DNA from: a virus
Lineage: Duplodnaviria > Caudoviricetes
Reading direction: 5' to 3' (one strand)
Length of the DNA: 59,636 nucleotides
Virus record (IMG/VR): IMGVR_UViG_3300011116_000547
Location: 1 to 59,636 of that record
The notes under the pieces were generated by a model. It saw only the letters and a list, made by a program, of their open reading frames with translations, did no database searches and had not been told where the DNA came from. Within the stretch, counting starts at the first letter, position 1. The number at the start of each line of letters is the position of its first letter. Shown in pieces: positions 24,682 to 34,981 of the stretch. A program made the translations under genes and the position numbers.

Positions 24682-25152
24682 ATGGCAAATACAACTTTTT
24701 CTGGCCCAATTAGAGCTGGAAATATTTTTGATACAACAGGAACTACACTTGGAACAAACGTTAAAAACGTTGGACCAGTTGTATTAACTCAATCATCAAC
24801 TGTAGCATTAACACATGCAACAACAACTGCTACTGCACTTGGAATTATAATTCCTGCAAACAGTCAAATCATTAGTGTGTCAATTCAAGTAGAATCACTT
24901 TTTACTGCTTCTAACACAACTACAATTGCTGTTGGTAAAAGTTCAGCGAGTGCTACAAACTTAGCTGCAGCAACTGCTGTATCAGCAACTGCAACTGGAG
25001 CTTCAATGTTACCAGCAAGCGCAGGTGCATGGAGAACTATTGGTACTTCTGATGTTGAATTATATGGAATAACAGTTGCTAACTCTGCAACAGCAGGTAA
25101 AGCAAGAATTGTTGTAACTTATAGTCAAAACGCAGCATTAGCGGCACTATAA
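24682..25152 (+). CDS. Virion structural protein (decoration/spike-like)
   Basis: MANTTFSGPI..IPANSQII..AGKARIVVTY; Ala/Thr-rich. Confidence 0.75.
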   Translation: MANTTFSGPIRAGNIFDTTGTTLGTNVKNVGPVVLTQSSTVALTHATTTATALGIIIPANSQIISVSIQVESLFTASNTTTIAVGKSSASATNLAAATAVSATATGASMLPASAGAWRTIGTSDVELYGITVANSATAGKARIVVTYSQNAALAAL

Positions 25153-25161
25153 TAAATTAAT

Positions 25162-25187
25162 TTAAGGAGCTCGAAAGGGCTCCTTAA
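25162..25187 (+). terminator. GAAA-tetraloop hairpin
   Basis: TTAAGGAGCTC-GAAA-GGGCTCCTTAA. Confidence 0.55.
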
Positions 25188-25202
25188 TACAAGGAGAAAA
25201 AA

Positions 25203-25523
25203 ATGAGTTTTAAAAGTGATATACAAGCTACAAGATCAACAGCTGCTGCAGGAGCTACTGCAATTATTTCAGGGCCAATTCGTTTAAGAGGAATTATCAT
25301 GGCTTCTGATGGTGGTGGACTTGGTGCATTAGAATTAACTACAACTTCTAATTCAGGTTCAACTTTATTTTATGGTGATGTTCCAAGCGGTGATGTTATT
25401 AATTTTAGTTTTCCTGAAGATGGAATTTTATTTCCAAAAGGAATTTTTTGTAAAACAAAAACTAATATTGCAGCTTATACATTATTAACAGATAAATATT
25501 CTGGACCTGGGTTAACAGCGTAG
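25203..25523 (+). CDS. Virion structural protein
   Basis: RLRGI..FPEDGILF; AAGGAG RBS. Confidence 0.7.
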   Translation: MSFKSDIQATRSTAAAGATAIISGPIRLRGIIMASDGGGLGALELTTTSNSGSTLFYGDVPSGDVINFSFPEDGILFPKGIFCKTKTNIAAYTLLTDKYSGPGLTA

Positions 25524-25533
25524 GAGAAGCTAA

Positions 25534-26496
25534 ATGGCTAACACTACTTCTGGAACTACAACTTTTGAAAAAACCTTTTATATAGATAAAATTATAGAAG
25601 AGGCTTACGAAAGAATTGGTATGTCTGCGCCAAGAACGGGACAAGATTTAGAATCAACAAGACGATCTCTAAATATAATGTTCCAAGAGTGGTCAAACAG
25701 AGGTCTTCATTATTGGGAAGTAGCAAGTAATACTATTTCCATGGTCAATGGTCAAAGTACCTATACAATTTATAGATCAGCATCAGATGGTACTTCTGAT
25801 GGTACTTTAAGTTATTTAAATGGTGGAATTGATGCATCTCAAACTACAATTACATTAGATTCAGTTTGGCAATTTCCTGAAACTGGAACTTTATTAATTG
25901 GATCTGAACAAATAAATTATACAGGAACAGATACTAATTCTATGACTATTACAGGATGCACTCGTGGTGCAAATGGCACAACTGCTGCAATCCATGCAGA
26001 TAATACTGCAGTTTACGATTATAATTCTATTACTTATGGACCTGATGATATTTTAGAAATGGTTTATAGAAATACAGAACAAGTTCCTGTAGTAGATTTT
26101 CCACTTACAAAAATTAACAGATCCCAATACAGCGGATTATCTTCTAAATATTCTACAGGTCAACCTACACAATATTATGTGCAAAGATTTATAGATAAAA
26201 TTACAATTACCTTATATTTAACTCCAGGTACAGATCAGGTAAATAATGTCATTCAATATTACTATGCTAAAAGAATTCAAGATGTTGGAGCTTATACAAA
26301 TGCAACAGATGTTCCATATAGATTTGTTCCGTGCATGTGCGCAGGACTTGCTTATTATGTATCATTAAAACTTGCTCCACAAAGAACACAAGAGTTAAGA
26401 TTATTATACGAAGATGAATTAAAAAGAGCATTAGAACAAGATGGCTCTTCTTCTAGTTCATTTATAACACCAAAAACTTATTATCCAAATGTCTAA
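25534..26496 (+). CDS. Head-tail adaptor/tail tubular-like protein with inserted beta domain
   Basis: IIEEAYERIG..RSLN..EW.NRG, GQPTQYY, VPYRF..GLAYY; insert LNGGIDASQTTI..RGANGTTAAIH. Confidence 0.72.
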   Translation: MANTTSGTTTFEKTFYIDKIIEEAYERIGMSAPRTGQDLESTRRSLNIMFQEWSNRGLHYWEVASNTISMVNGQSTYTIYRSASDGTSDGTLSYLNGGIDASQTTITLDSVWQFPETGTLLIGSEQINYTGTDTNSMTITGCTRGANGTTAAIHADNTAVYDYNSITYGPDDILEMVYRNTEQVPVVDFPLTKINRSQYSGLSSKYSTGQPTQYYVQRFIDKITITLYLTPGTDQVNNVIQYYYAKRIQDVGAYTNATDVPYRFVPCMCAGLAYYVSLKLAPQRTQELRLLYEDELKRALEQDGSSSSSFITPKTYYPNV

Positions 26497-27070
26497 AAAC
26501 TCAAGAGGAAAATATTCATATATGATTTCTGACCGATCAGGTCAAAGATTTCCATATCAAGAAATGGTGCAAGAATGGAATGGATCATGGGTACATATTT
26601 CTGAATATGAACCAAAACAACCACAACTTGAACCAAAACCAACAACAGCAGATCCACAAGGATTAAGATATGCTCATCCTGATAGAATAGAACCTCCTGT
26701 AATTATAGAGTTAACTCCAAATCCATTTACAACAATTAAATATGCAGGAAATACTTACATCAATGTGTTTTCACAAAATCATGGAAGACAAACAGGTAAT
26801 GTTGTTAGATTTAGAGGACCACCACAAGTTAATACTGTAGGAATTCCTTCAAGAGAAGATTCATTTGATGATGTTCCACATTTTGATAACGTCACAGATA
26901 TCTCAAATGCAAATGGTTTTACAATTACAGTTGGTAAAATAGATTCAAGTGGTTTAGTAAGTGATCCATTGAATTATTTTTATTTCTTAAGTACAAGTAC
27001 AGCAACAACAGGAAATATTTCTGGTGGTGGAGCACAATGTTCTGCAGGTCCAGTAACTTTACAGGCTTAA
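26489..27070 (+). CDS. Virion protein
   Basis: ISDRSGQRFPY..EWNG..YEPKQPQL; C-terminal HG..G..VRF beta domain. Confidence 0.7.
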   Translation: MSKNSRGKYSYMISDRSGQRFPYQEMVQEWNGSWVHISEYEPKQPQLEPKPTTADPQGLRYAHPDRIEPPVIIELTPNPFTTIKYAGNTYINVFSQNHGRQTGNVVRFRGPPQVNTVGIPSREDSFDDVPHFDNVTDISNANGFTITVGKIDSSGLVSDPLNYFYFLSTSTATTGNISGGGAQCSAGPVTLQA

Positions 27071-27071
27071 T

Positions 27072-27716
27072 ATGACATATTCAGAATTAGTTACAAAAAT
27101 TAGAGATTATACAGAAGTAGACTCAAATGTATTTACTTCAACTATTATAAATGGATTTATTCAAGATGCTGAATTTAGAATATTGAGAGATGTAGATTCT
27201 GATAATAATAGAAAATATGCAACATCTTCAGTTGTAATAACTCAAAAATATTTCACAGTTCCAGATAACTGTTTAATTATTAGATCTGTACAAGTATTTA
27301 ATACTGATGGAAGTATATCTTTTTTAGATGTTAGAGATATGACATTTATTAATGAATATAATCAAAGTAATACAACAGGAATACCTAAATATTATGCTAA
27401 CTGGGATGAAAATACAGTTATTGTGGCTCCAACTCCAGATCAAGCTTATACAATTCAAGCAAATTATATCTTGAAACCAACTGGATTATCTAGTACAAAC
27501 ACGACTACATATTTAAGTCAGCAGTTTCCCAATGGCTTATTATATGCTTGCCTAGTTGAGGCATATGGGTTCTTAAAGGGTCCACAAGATATGTTGCAAT
27601 ATTATGAAAATAGATATAAGCAAGCTATCGAAGGATTCTCATTAGAACAAATGGGAAGAAGACGAACTGATGAGTTTCTAGATGGAGAACCTCGTATAGT
27701 TCGTAAACCACAATAA
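27072..27716 (+). CDS. Head-tail connector/adaptor protein
   Basis: MTYSEL..FIQDAE.RI..GIPKYY..APTPD..LLYACLVEA. Confidence 0.72.
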   Translation: MTYSELVTKIRDYTEVDSNVFTSTIINGFIQDAEFRILRDVDSDNNRKYATSSVVITQKYFTVPDNCLIIRSVQVFNTDGSISFLDVRDMTFINEYNQSNTTGIPKYYANWDENTVIVAPTPDQAYTIQANYILKPTGLSSTNTTTYLSQQFPNGLLYACLVEAYGFLKGPQDMLQYYENRYKQAIEGFSLEQMGRRRTDEFLDGEPRIVRKPQ

Positions 27717-27728
27717 GGAGAAACAAGT

Positions 27729-28169
27729 ATGGCTATTACACAAGCGTTACCAAATAGTTTTAAAAAACAACTATTAGATGGTGATCAAGATTTTTCAACT
27801 GCTGGTGGCGGTGGTGATAAGTTCAAGTTAGCTCTTTATGTATCAACTGCAACACTAAGTGCTGCAACAACTTCCTACACAGCAAGTGGTGAAGTTAGTT
27901 CTTCAGGAACTAATTACACAACAGGTGGAAAAGCGTTAGTAAATTCTGGAACTTCAGTTGTATCAACTGTTGCATTCACAGATTTCGCTGATGTGTCTTT
28001 CACAAATGTAACACTAACTGCAAGAGGTTGTTTGATATATAACACTTCATTTTCTAACTCTGCAGTTGCAGTTTTAAATTTTGGAGCAGATAAAACAGCT
28101 ACGTCAGGAACTTTCACTATTCAATTTCCAGCCTTCACATCTACAGCGGCTATCATCAGAATCTCTTAA
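27729..28169 (+). CDS. Tail structural protein
   Basis: SFKKQLL..FKLALY..YTTGG..TARGCLIYN..FGADK. Confidence 0.7.
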   Translation: MAITQALPNSFKKQLLDGDQDFSTAGGGGDKFKLALYVSTATLSAATTSYTASGEVSSSGTNYTTGGKALVNSGTSVVSTVAFTDFADVSFTNVTLTARGCLIYNTSFSNSAVAVLNFGADKTATSGTFTIQFPAFTSTAAIIRIS

Positions 28170-28184
28170 TAGGAGTAATCTGGC

Positions 28185-29327
28185 ATGGCCAATGCAGCTT
28201 GGGGTGATTTAAGTTGGAGTGCAGGAACATTTGGTGGAGAAAATGATGTTACTGTTACAGTAACAGGACAATTATTAACATCTGCTATAAATTCTGTTTC
28301 TATTACAGGGACAGGTGTAACTGATTTAACTGGTCAGTCTCTTACATTAAGTTTAAATTCTGTATCTATATCTATTAATGTAGACGTATCTGCAACAGGT
28401 CAATCATTAACAACTACATTAAATGATGTTGATCCAAATCCAGATGCAAACCTTACTGGAATTCAATTAACATCTGCTGTTGGAAGTGTAGATGCTTCTA
28501 ATGCTCAAGGATGGGGAAGATTAACTTGGGGATCTTTAACTTGGGGTGGAGATATTCAAGATGTTGTAGTTTCATTAACAGGGCAATTATTAACAGGAAC
28601 AATAAATTCAGTTACAATAAGTGGAACTGGAAATACTTCTTTAACAGGTGAATTATTAAATGTTTCTTTAAATTCTGTAAATGCATTAGCAAACTCAGAT
28701 GTTTCTATAACAGGACAATCATTAACAACAAATTTAGATTCTGTAACAATTACTGGAACAGGTAATGTTCCTTTAACTGGTGAATTTTTAACAACAACAT
28801 TAGGTGATATTGATCCAGGTCCGGATGCTAACGTAACTGGTCAACAATTAACTTTAACATTAAATAGTATAGACATTGATATATCAACAGATGTTCCTGT
28901 AACTGGTCAATTAATAATTTCATCATTAAATTCAGTAACAGTAAGTGGAACAGCTAATATTCCTTTAACTGGACAAAATTTAACAACAAATTTAAATTCA
29001 GTAACTATTTCAGGAGATGCAAATACTTCTGTAACAGGAGAAATTTTAACAACAGTATTAGGAAATGTTGATCCTTCTCCAGATGCTGAAGTCACTGGAA
29101 TTCAATTAACCACTGCATTAAGTTCAGTAACAATTGATTTAAATACTCCTGTAAATGTAACTGGTGAAAATTTAACCACTGCATTAGGTTCTGTTACAAT
29201 TGCTTTAAATACCCCTGTAAATGTTACAGGAAATAGCTTGACAGGACGTACCGGTCAGTTATATGTAGGTGCTTGGACTCCTGTAGATACTGGCCAATCT
29301 ATCAACTGGACAGAAGTTGCAGCATAA
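28185..29327 (+). CDS. Repetitive beta-strand tail/fibre protein
   Basis: Repeated V.LTGQ.LT..L.SV.I units; WG..W..WG motifs. Confidence 0.72.
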   Translation: MANAAWGDLSWSAGTFGGENDVTVTVTGQLLTSAINSVSITGTGVTDLTGQSLTLSLNSVSISINVDVSATGQSLTTTLNDVDPNPDANLTGIQLTSAVGSVDASNAQGWGRLTWGSLTWGGDIQDVVVSLTGQLLTGTINSVTISGTGNTSLTGELLNVSLNSVNALANSDVSITGQSLTTNLDSVTITGTGNVPLTGEFLTTTLGDIDPGPDANVTGQQLTLTLNSIDIDISTDVPVTGQLIISSLNSVTVSGTANIPLTGQNLTTNLNSVTISGDANTSVTGEILTTVLGNVDPSPDAEVTGIQLTTALSSVTIDLNTPVNVTGENLTTALGSVTIALNTPVNVTGNSLTGRTGQLYVGAWTPVDTGQSINWTEVAA

Positions 29328-29395
29328 TATAGGGGTTGATTAATTGACAAAATATGATAAATATTTTAAAAGTTAAAAACAAAGGAATTTAAAAT

Positions 29396-30637
29396 ATGCC
29401 TTCTACATATACTACAGATCTAGCAATACAATTAATGGCAACTGGCGAAAACGCTGGTACCTGGGGACAAATTACAAATACAAATTTAGTGGTGGTTCAA
29501 CAAGCAATTGCTGGCTATGAATCTATTTCTATTGCAGGAGGTGCAGGAACAACTGCTCTTGTAATGACACAAAATGCATTAGCAACAGCAAGAAATGCTG
29601 TTATTAAATTAACAGGTACGATTACAGGAAATAGAATAGTCACAGTTCCAAATGGAATTGAAAAAACTTGGATCGTATCCAATGGAACAACAGGTGCATT
29701 CACAGTTCAATTTAAATATGCATCAACTGGAACTGGACAAACTTGGTCAACAACAGATAAAGGAATTAAAATTTTATATTCTGATGGATCAGATATTCAA
29801 GTTGTAGATTTATCTACATTATCAGGAACAGTAGCCACAGCTCAAATTGCAAACTTTGCAGTTACTACAGCTAAATTAGACACTAATGCAGTTACAGCAG
29901 TTAAAATTACACAATCAACAATTACACAAGCTAAACTTGCAGCTAACTCTGTTGGAGCAAATCAAATAGTTCAATCAACAATTACACAAGCTAAACTAGC
30001 GGCTAATTCTGTTGGATCAAATCAATTAATTAATACTGCAGTTACTCCTGCAACTTATACAGCAGCAACTATTACAGTTGATGCTGATGGTCGAATTACT
30101 GCTGCATCCTCTGGATCAGCAGGAGCTGGAATGGGAATACCAACATTAATGGTTTATGGACCTGCTTCAGGAACTTATACAGCAGCTCCAACTGCAAATA
30201 GAATAGGTGTATACCTGTATGGAGGTGCTAGTGGAGGAAGAGCCACTCCAGTGGCTTCACCTGGTTCAAATGGTGGTGGTGGTTTTTGGAATAAACCAAT
30301 TACACAACCTTTTTCTCAGCCATACAGTGTTGGTGGTGGTGGTAATTTTAGTCCTATGGCTTCTCCCGGAGCTGGTGGAGCTACAAATATAACAAATGTT
30401 GGAACTGCTAATGGAGGAAGTGGAGCGTCTACTCCTGGTAATCAACCAGGATCTGATTTAACAGTTCCTATAAACTTTAGAGGCGGTCCTTTCCAAAACG
30501 TTGGTTTTGGATTTCCACAATCTCCACAATTTGGTTTTGGAGGAGCTGGTTTAGGTGGTAATTATATGTGCGGAGATGCTACAGGTAGTCAGGGACTTGC
30601 AGGTGCAATAATAGTTTTTGAAAATACAGGTACTTAA
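29396..30637 (+). CDS. Tail fibre / receptor-binding protein
   Basis: GENAGTWG..TN.N anchor, VTTAKL-type repeats, TVDADGRITAAS, Gly-rich tip. Confidence 0.8.
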   Translation: MPSTYTTDLAIQLMATGENAGTWGQITNTNLVVVQQAIAGYESISIAGGAGTTALVMTQNALATARNAVIKLTGTITGNRIVTVPNGIEKTWIVSNGTTGAFTVQFKYASTGTGQTWSTTDKGIKILYSDGSDIQVVDLSTLSGTVATAQIANFAVTTAKLDTNAVTAVKITQSTITQAKLAANSVGANQIVQSTITQAKLAANSVGSNQLINTAVTPATYTAATITVDADGRITAASSGSAGAGMGIPTLMVYGPASGTYTAAPTANRIGVYLYGGASGGRATPVASPGSNGGGGFWNKPITQPFSQPYSVGGGGNFSPMASPGAGGATNITNVGTANGGSGASTPGNQPGSDLTVPINFRGGPFQNVGFGFPQSPQFGFGGAGLGGNYMCGDATGSQGLAGAIIVFENTGT

Positions 30638-30638
30638 A

Positions 30639-31085
30639 ATGGCTTATTTTATTTTTCAAAAAAATTTAGATAATATTGAAGGAACATTATATAGAATTGC
30701 TGAAAATCAAGAAGATTTTAATAATTTAAATATTAATGATGATGATTATAAAATTATTGAAGATTCCTCTGAAAATTTTAATTTTGTAAAATTAAATCAA
30801 AAAAATGCTATAAAGTATAATCAAAACACAATTATTTATATAAATATTGTTAGTAGTTTTAAAAGTTCAAAAGACTTAAATTCTTACATTGATAGTTTAA
30901 AAAATTTAATTAAAGATTTTTTAAATAATAATCCGAATAATTCAGCTTACAATAAATGGAATAATTATTTAAATCAACTAACCTCATTAAACACTTCATC
31001 AATAACCTATCCATTAAATAAATCATTAGAACAATATTTTAATGATTTAGGACAACCTTCATTAAATATTTTACAAATACCATAA
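30639..31085 (+). CDS. Asn-rich protein after fibre (possible fibre chaperone)
   Basis: W..Y..QL...ITYP C-terminal pattern; very AT-rich. Confidence 0.55.
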   Translation: MAYFIFQKNLDNIEGTLYRIAENQEDFNNLNINDDDYKIIEDSSENFNFVKLNQKNAIKYNQNTIIYINIVSSFKSSKDLNSYIDSLKNLIKDFLNNNPNNSAYNKWNNYLNQLTSLNTSSITYPLNKSLEQYFNDLGQPSLNILQIP

Positions 31086-31104
31086 AAAATGCTATTAAGT
31101 TAGC

Positions 31105-31860
31105 ATGTTTGATAAAGAAATAGAGTTTAGTGCTCATGAAGATTATTTTGCATTAAAAGAAGATTATCCAATCCCTGCAAAATTAAATATTCCAGATTGG
31201 TATAAAAATTTAGAACATACTGTTTTAAATAAAACAATTAAAGGATGTATACCTTTTTTAGATTCTTTAACAGCTGGGTATTTATTAAAAATGCCTCAAG
31301 ATTTTCATGTTAGACATAATGTTGATAATAAAAATAAAAAAGAAGAAACATTTAAAGACTCTTTTCAAACTTTTGGAATGCATGATCAGTCGCAATTATT
31401 ACATGCAAAACATATAAATTTAAATTCTGGATTTGATACACATTCAATAAAACAGTTAGAAGGGTCTCCTTTAGTAGAAAAAAATAAAAATTTACCTTTT
31501 TATAAAATATTAAACCCATGGAAAATAAAAACACCAAAAGGATATTCTTGTTTATTCGTTTCACCATTAAACAATTCTGACGATAGATTTTCAATTATCC
31601 CTGGAATTGTAGATACAGATTCTTTTCCACTTGAAGTAAATTTTCCAATTATAATTAATGGAGATAAATATCCTGTTTTAGAAACAACAATTAAAAAAGG
31701 AACGCCTTATGCTCAAGTAATACCTTTTAAAAGAGATTCATGGAAAATGATAGTAAAATCAAGGGAACAAAAAGAAATACAAAATTTTAGAATTTTTTAT
31801 GGGTTAAAATTATTAAATATATATAAAGATAAATATTGGAATAAGAAATCATGGAAATAA
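31105..31860 (+). CDS. Conserved phage protein of oxygenase islands (IPDWYK/TIKGC.PFLD/PGIVDTD/GTP..Q.IPFKR)
   Basis: Motif pattern; function not assignable. Confidence 0.7.
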   Translation: MFDKEIEFSAHEDYFALKEDYPIPAKLNIPDWYKNLEHTVLNKTIKGCIPFLDSLTAGYLLKMPQDFHVRHNVDNKNKKEETFKDSFQTFGMHDQSQLLHAKHINLNSGFDTHSIKQLEGSPLVEKNKNLPFYKILNPWKIKTPKGYSCLFVSPLNNSDDRFSIIPGIVDTDSFPLEVNFPIIINGDKYPVLETTIKKGTPYAQVIPFKRDSWKMIVKSREQKEIQNFRIFYGLKLLNIYKDKYWNKKSWK

Positions 31861-32414
31861 AAAATTTTATAAAGATATATGATGAAGTATTACCTTGGAA
31901 GGTATTGTCTAATTTAATTCGTTTTGCAAATAATTCAAAATTTGTAGAAACAAAAGTAGGTGTAGATGTTAAAATAGATTTTAATATAAGAAAAACATAT
32001 ACTTTACCATTATCTAATTTAGATAATTCTATGTCTAATGTGCATTGGTTTAATTTACTTTTTCATTATTTTGATAAAAATTTAAAACAATATAGATTTG
32101 ATGCAAATATATTAGACTATGATTATAGAAATATTTTTGACATAGAAATTTTAAAATATGAAAACACTGGATTTTATACTTGGCATGTTGATCATTTTGC
32201 AACAATTCCAAGAACAATGAGTTGTATTTTACTTCTTAATAATGATTACGAAGGTGGTAATTTATGTTTTAGAAATCCAGATGGATCAGGAGAATGGGAA
32301 GTAGAAGTTAAGCCCAATAGAATGATTATTTGGCCAAGTAATTTTTTATATCCTCATACGGTTAAACCAGTGACGAAAGGAACAAGGTATTCAGTTGTAG
32401 CATGGGCACTATAA
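31851..32414 (+). CDS. 2OG-Fe(II) oxygenase, prolyl-4-hydroxylase-like
   Basis: WHVD, LNNDYEGG, YPHTVKPVTKGTRYS. Confidence 0.9.
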   Translation: MEIKNFIKIYDEVLPWKVLSNLIRFANNSKFVETKVGVDVKIDFNIRKTYTLPLSNLDNSMSNVHWFNLLFHYFDKNLKQYRFDANILDYDYRNIFDIEILKYENTGFYTWHVDHFATIPRTMSCILLLNNDYEGGNLCFRNPDGSGEWEVEVKPNRMIIWPSNFLYPHTVKPVTKGTRYSVVAWAL

Positions 32415-32947
32415 GAGATTTTAAATATAAATTAATAAATAATTTTTTAAGTAAAGAAGAAATTAAACTATTAACAGATTATTGTAGAATTAAACATAGA
32501 ATTAATTTTGATTCTTTTGAGTTTTTACAAGGTGATAACGGAGATACTTGTTTTTATGGAGATCCATTAATGGAATCTCTTATGGTTAATAAATTAGAAT
32601 TAATGCAAAAAGAAACTGGTTTAGAATTATTGCCAACTTATGCATTCTGGAGAATGTATACAATAAATGCTGATTTAAAAAAACACATTGACAGACCATC
32701 ATGTGAAATAAGTGTTACAGCAATGATTGGTTCAGATGGAACATCTTGGCCTATATTTATAGATGGAAAAAAGATAGAATTGAAACCAGGAGATGCTGCT
32801 ATATATCTTGGATGTGAAGTAGAACATTGGAGAGAAGAATTTAAAGGAGATTGGCATGCACAAACATTTTTACATTATGTAGATAAAAATGGATTAAATA
32901 AAGAATGGTTTAAGGATAAAAGATTATTATACGGAACACAAAAATGA
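32402..32947 (+). CDS. 2OG-Fe(II) oxygenase-like protein
   Basis: PTY..RMY, KHIDRPSCEIS, EHWRE, QTFLHY. Confidence 0.78.
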   Translation: MGTIRDFKYKLINNFLSKEEIKLLTDYCRIKHRINFDSFEFLQGDNGDTCFYGDPLMESLMVNKLELMQKETGLELLPTYAFWRMYTINADLKKHIDRPSCEISVTAMIGSDGTSWPIFIDGKKIELKPGDAAIYLGCEVEHWREEFKGDWHAQTFLHYVDKNGLNKEWFKDKRLLYGTQK

Positions 32948-33504
32948 ACTTTGATTTAAAAGTTAAAGATATTTCTATAGAAACATATATTTTGACAGGT
33001 AAAATAGATAATCAAGAAGTAATTAATAATTTAATTAATTTTATAAAAATTTCAAAAGATGAAGAATTAAGCTATAAAACACATGTTAAAGGTCATTTTA
33101 CAGGTTTTAAAAGTTTAATAGAAAATAAAGATTTTTTTAATTTTTTAAAAATTATTCAAGAAAATATAAAAATTATTTATAATAAGAATTTTATAATTAA
33201 TGATGCATGGGGAAATATTTGTAAAAAAGGAGAAGAGGTAGTAGAACACAATCATGGAAGTATTACTGGTTTTTGTGGTATACTTTATTTAACTGAAAAT
33301 GGACCTGGGACTTATTTTAAAGACTATGATTTATTAATTAAAGAAGAAATAGGAAAATACATTTTATTTCATCCAAAATTATTTCATAAAGTTGAAAAAA
33401 TAACAAATGATATAGAAAGAATAACTGTTGCTTTTAATATGAATGAAATTAAAACTTGGGATAATTTAACAAACATAAAATGGGTAAATAAAAATGAAAT
33501 TTAA
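32944..33504 (+). CDS. 2OG-Fe(II) oxygenase-like (HxH type)
   Basis: WGN..EHNH..GILYL..GT.F..FHKV..RITVAFN. Confidence 0.78.
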   Translation: MNFDLKVKDISIETYILTGKIDNQEVINNLINFIKISKDEELSYKTHVKGHFTGFKSLIENKDFFNFLKIIQENIKIIYNKNFIINDAWGNICKKGEEVVEHNHGSITGFCGILYLTENGPGTYFKDYDLLIKEEIGKYILFHPKLFHKVEKITNDIERITVAFNMNEIKTWDNLTNIKWVNKNEI

Positions 33505-33712
33505 ACAATATGAAAATGGGTCTTGTGATATAGAGTTTTCTGTAAAAGAAAGATGGATTATTTTAAAAAAAGGAAAAATACATTTATCAGATGAAGCATT
33601 ACGACATTTTGGTAATAAACTCGTGCAAATGGTTGCGGATTGGAATTTAAAATTTAATGAAGAGTTAAAAAATAAACTTACTTTTAATGATACTAAAATA
33701 GAAGGAAAATAA
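33494..33712 (+). CDS. Hypothetical protein
   Basis: Coupled ORF in island. Confidence 0.65.
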   Translation: MKFKQYENGSCDIEFSVKERWIILKKGKIHLSDEALRHFGNKLVQMVADWNLKFNEELKNKLTFNDTKIEGK

Positions 33713-34344
33713 TGTTTTTTTCAAGTTCAATATACATAGAAGAAGAACTTTCTTTTTTAGAAAATTTTAATAAACATACTAATTCTTATATTGAAAATTC
33801 AAGGAATAAAAACAAACAAAAAATGTTTAATAATAGAGATTTTGGATTAGTTCATCATTCAGATTCACTATTAAATGATTTAAATTTTTTTAATTTTATA
33901 AAATTAATATGCAAAAAATCTTACAATATTTTAGATAAACAAGGGTATGACTTGTCAAATTTTTTATTAGTTGCATCGGAAATGTGGGTTCAAGAATTTT
34001 CAAAAGAAGGAGGTGGTTTTCACAGTTTACACACTCATTGGAATGGACATATTTCTGGGTTTTATTTTTTAAAATGTTCAGATAAAACATCTTTTCCAAT
34101 TTTTCATGATCCAAGACCTGGTAAAATGATGATTCAATTACCTGAAAAAAATGAAAATGAAATTTCAGATTCTTCTGAAAAAATAATTTTTAAACCAAAA
34201 CCTGGAACTCTTGTATTTTTTAATTCATATTTACCACATGAATTTGTGGTTGATCAAGGGGTGGATCCTTTTAGGTTTATTCATTTTAACGTACAGGCCA
34301 TTCAAAAAAGATTAATTAATGGTGATATTAAAAAAATAAATTAA
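33712..34344 (+). CDS. 2OG-Fe(II) oxygenase-like (TIGR02466-type)
   Basis: MWVQ..HTH..ISGFYFL..FHDPR..FNSYLPH..RFIHFN. Confidence 0.82.
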   Translation: MFFSSSIYIEEELSFLENFNKHTNSYIENSRNKNKQKMFNNRDFGLVHHSDSLLNDLNFFNFIKLICKKSYNILDKQGYDLSNFLLVASEMWVQEFSKEGGGFHSLHTHWNGHISGFYFLKCSDKTSFPIFHDPRPGKMMIQLPEKNENEISDSSEKIIFKPKPGTLVFFNSYLPHEFVVDQGVDPFRFIHFNVQAIQKRLINGDIKKIN

Positions 34345-34932
34345 ATGAAAAATAATCATGAATTTATTAAATTATTTGAAACTTTTGTTTTATTTAATAA
34401 ATTAAATTTAGACTTAGAAAAATATTTAAAATATATTTACGATATTTATAAAATTGATAATAATGGAAGAAAAATATCTAACTTTGGAGGTTGGCAAAGT
34501 AATTTTTTAAATTTATCTGATTCTATTTTAGAACCATTCTTAAATGAAATTTCCAAAAATAGTAAAATTTTATTAGAAAATTATTCACTTAATAATAGAA
34601 ATTATAAAATAGAAAGTATGTGGGCAAATATAAATAAATATAAAGATTCAAATCACGTTCATCATCATAGCGGATCTGTAATATCTGGGGTTTTTTATTT
34701 AAAAACTAATAAAGATTGTGGATCAATAGTTTTTAAACATCCTTCAGAAATAATTAATTTTTGTTGGAGACGTGATGATTATAAAGAATACAATCAAACA
34801 AATGGATTTTTTTATGAATTTCAACCAGAAGATAATGCTTTATTATTATTTCCATCTTGGCTTAATCATTATGTAAATCCTAATTTAAACAAAGAAGTAG
34901 ATAGGGTCTCTATTTCTTTTAATATTGTTTAA
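34345..34932 (+). CDS. 2OG-Fe(II) oxygenase-like (TIGR02466-type)
   Basis: GGWQS, MWANIN..HHH..ISGVFY..FPSWLNHYV..RVSISFN. Confidence 0.85.
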   Translation: MKNNHEFIKLFETFVLFNKLNLDLEKYLKYIYDIYKIDNNGRKISNFGGWQSNFLNLSDSILEPFLNEISKNSKILLENYSLNNRNYKIESMWANINKYKDSNHVHHHSGSVISGVFYLKTNKDCGSIVFKHPSEIINFCWRRDDYKEYNQTNGFFYEFQPEDNALLLFPSWLNHYVNPNLNKEVDRVSISFNIV

Positions 34933-34981
34933 AAATAACTCTTTATTGTTAAATATGTAGATATAGGGTATAAGAACCTTT

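Noticed and set aside
29396-34932. Diversity-generating retroelement or invertase-driven fibre switching
   Set aside because: No reverse transcriptase, template repeat or recombinase seen.
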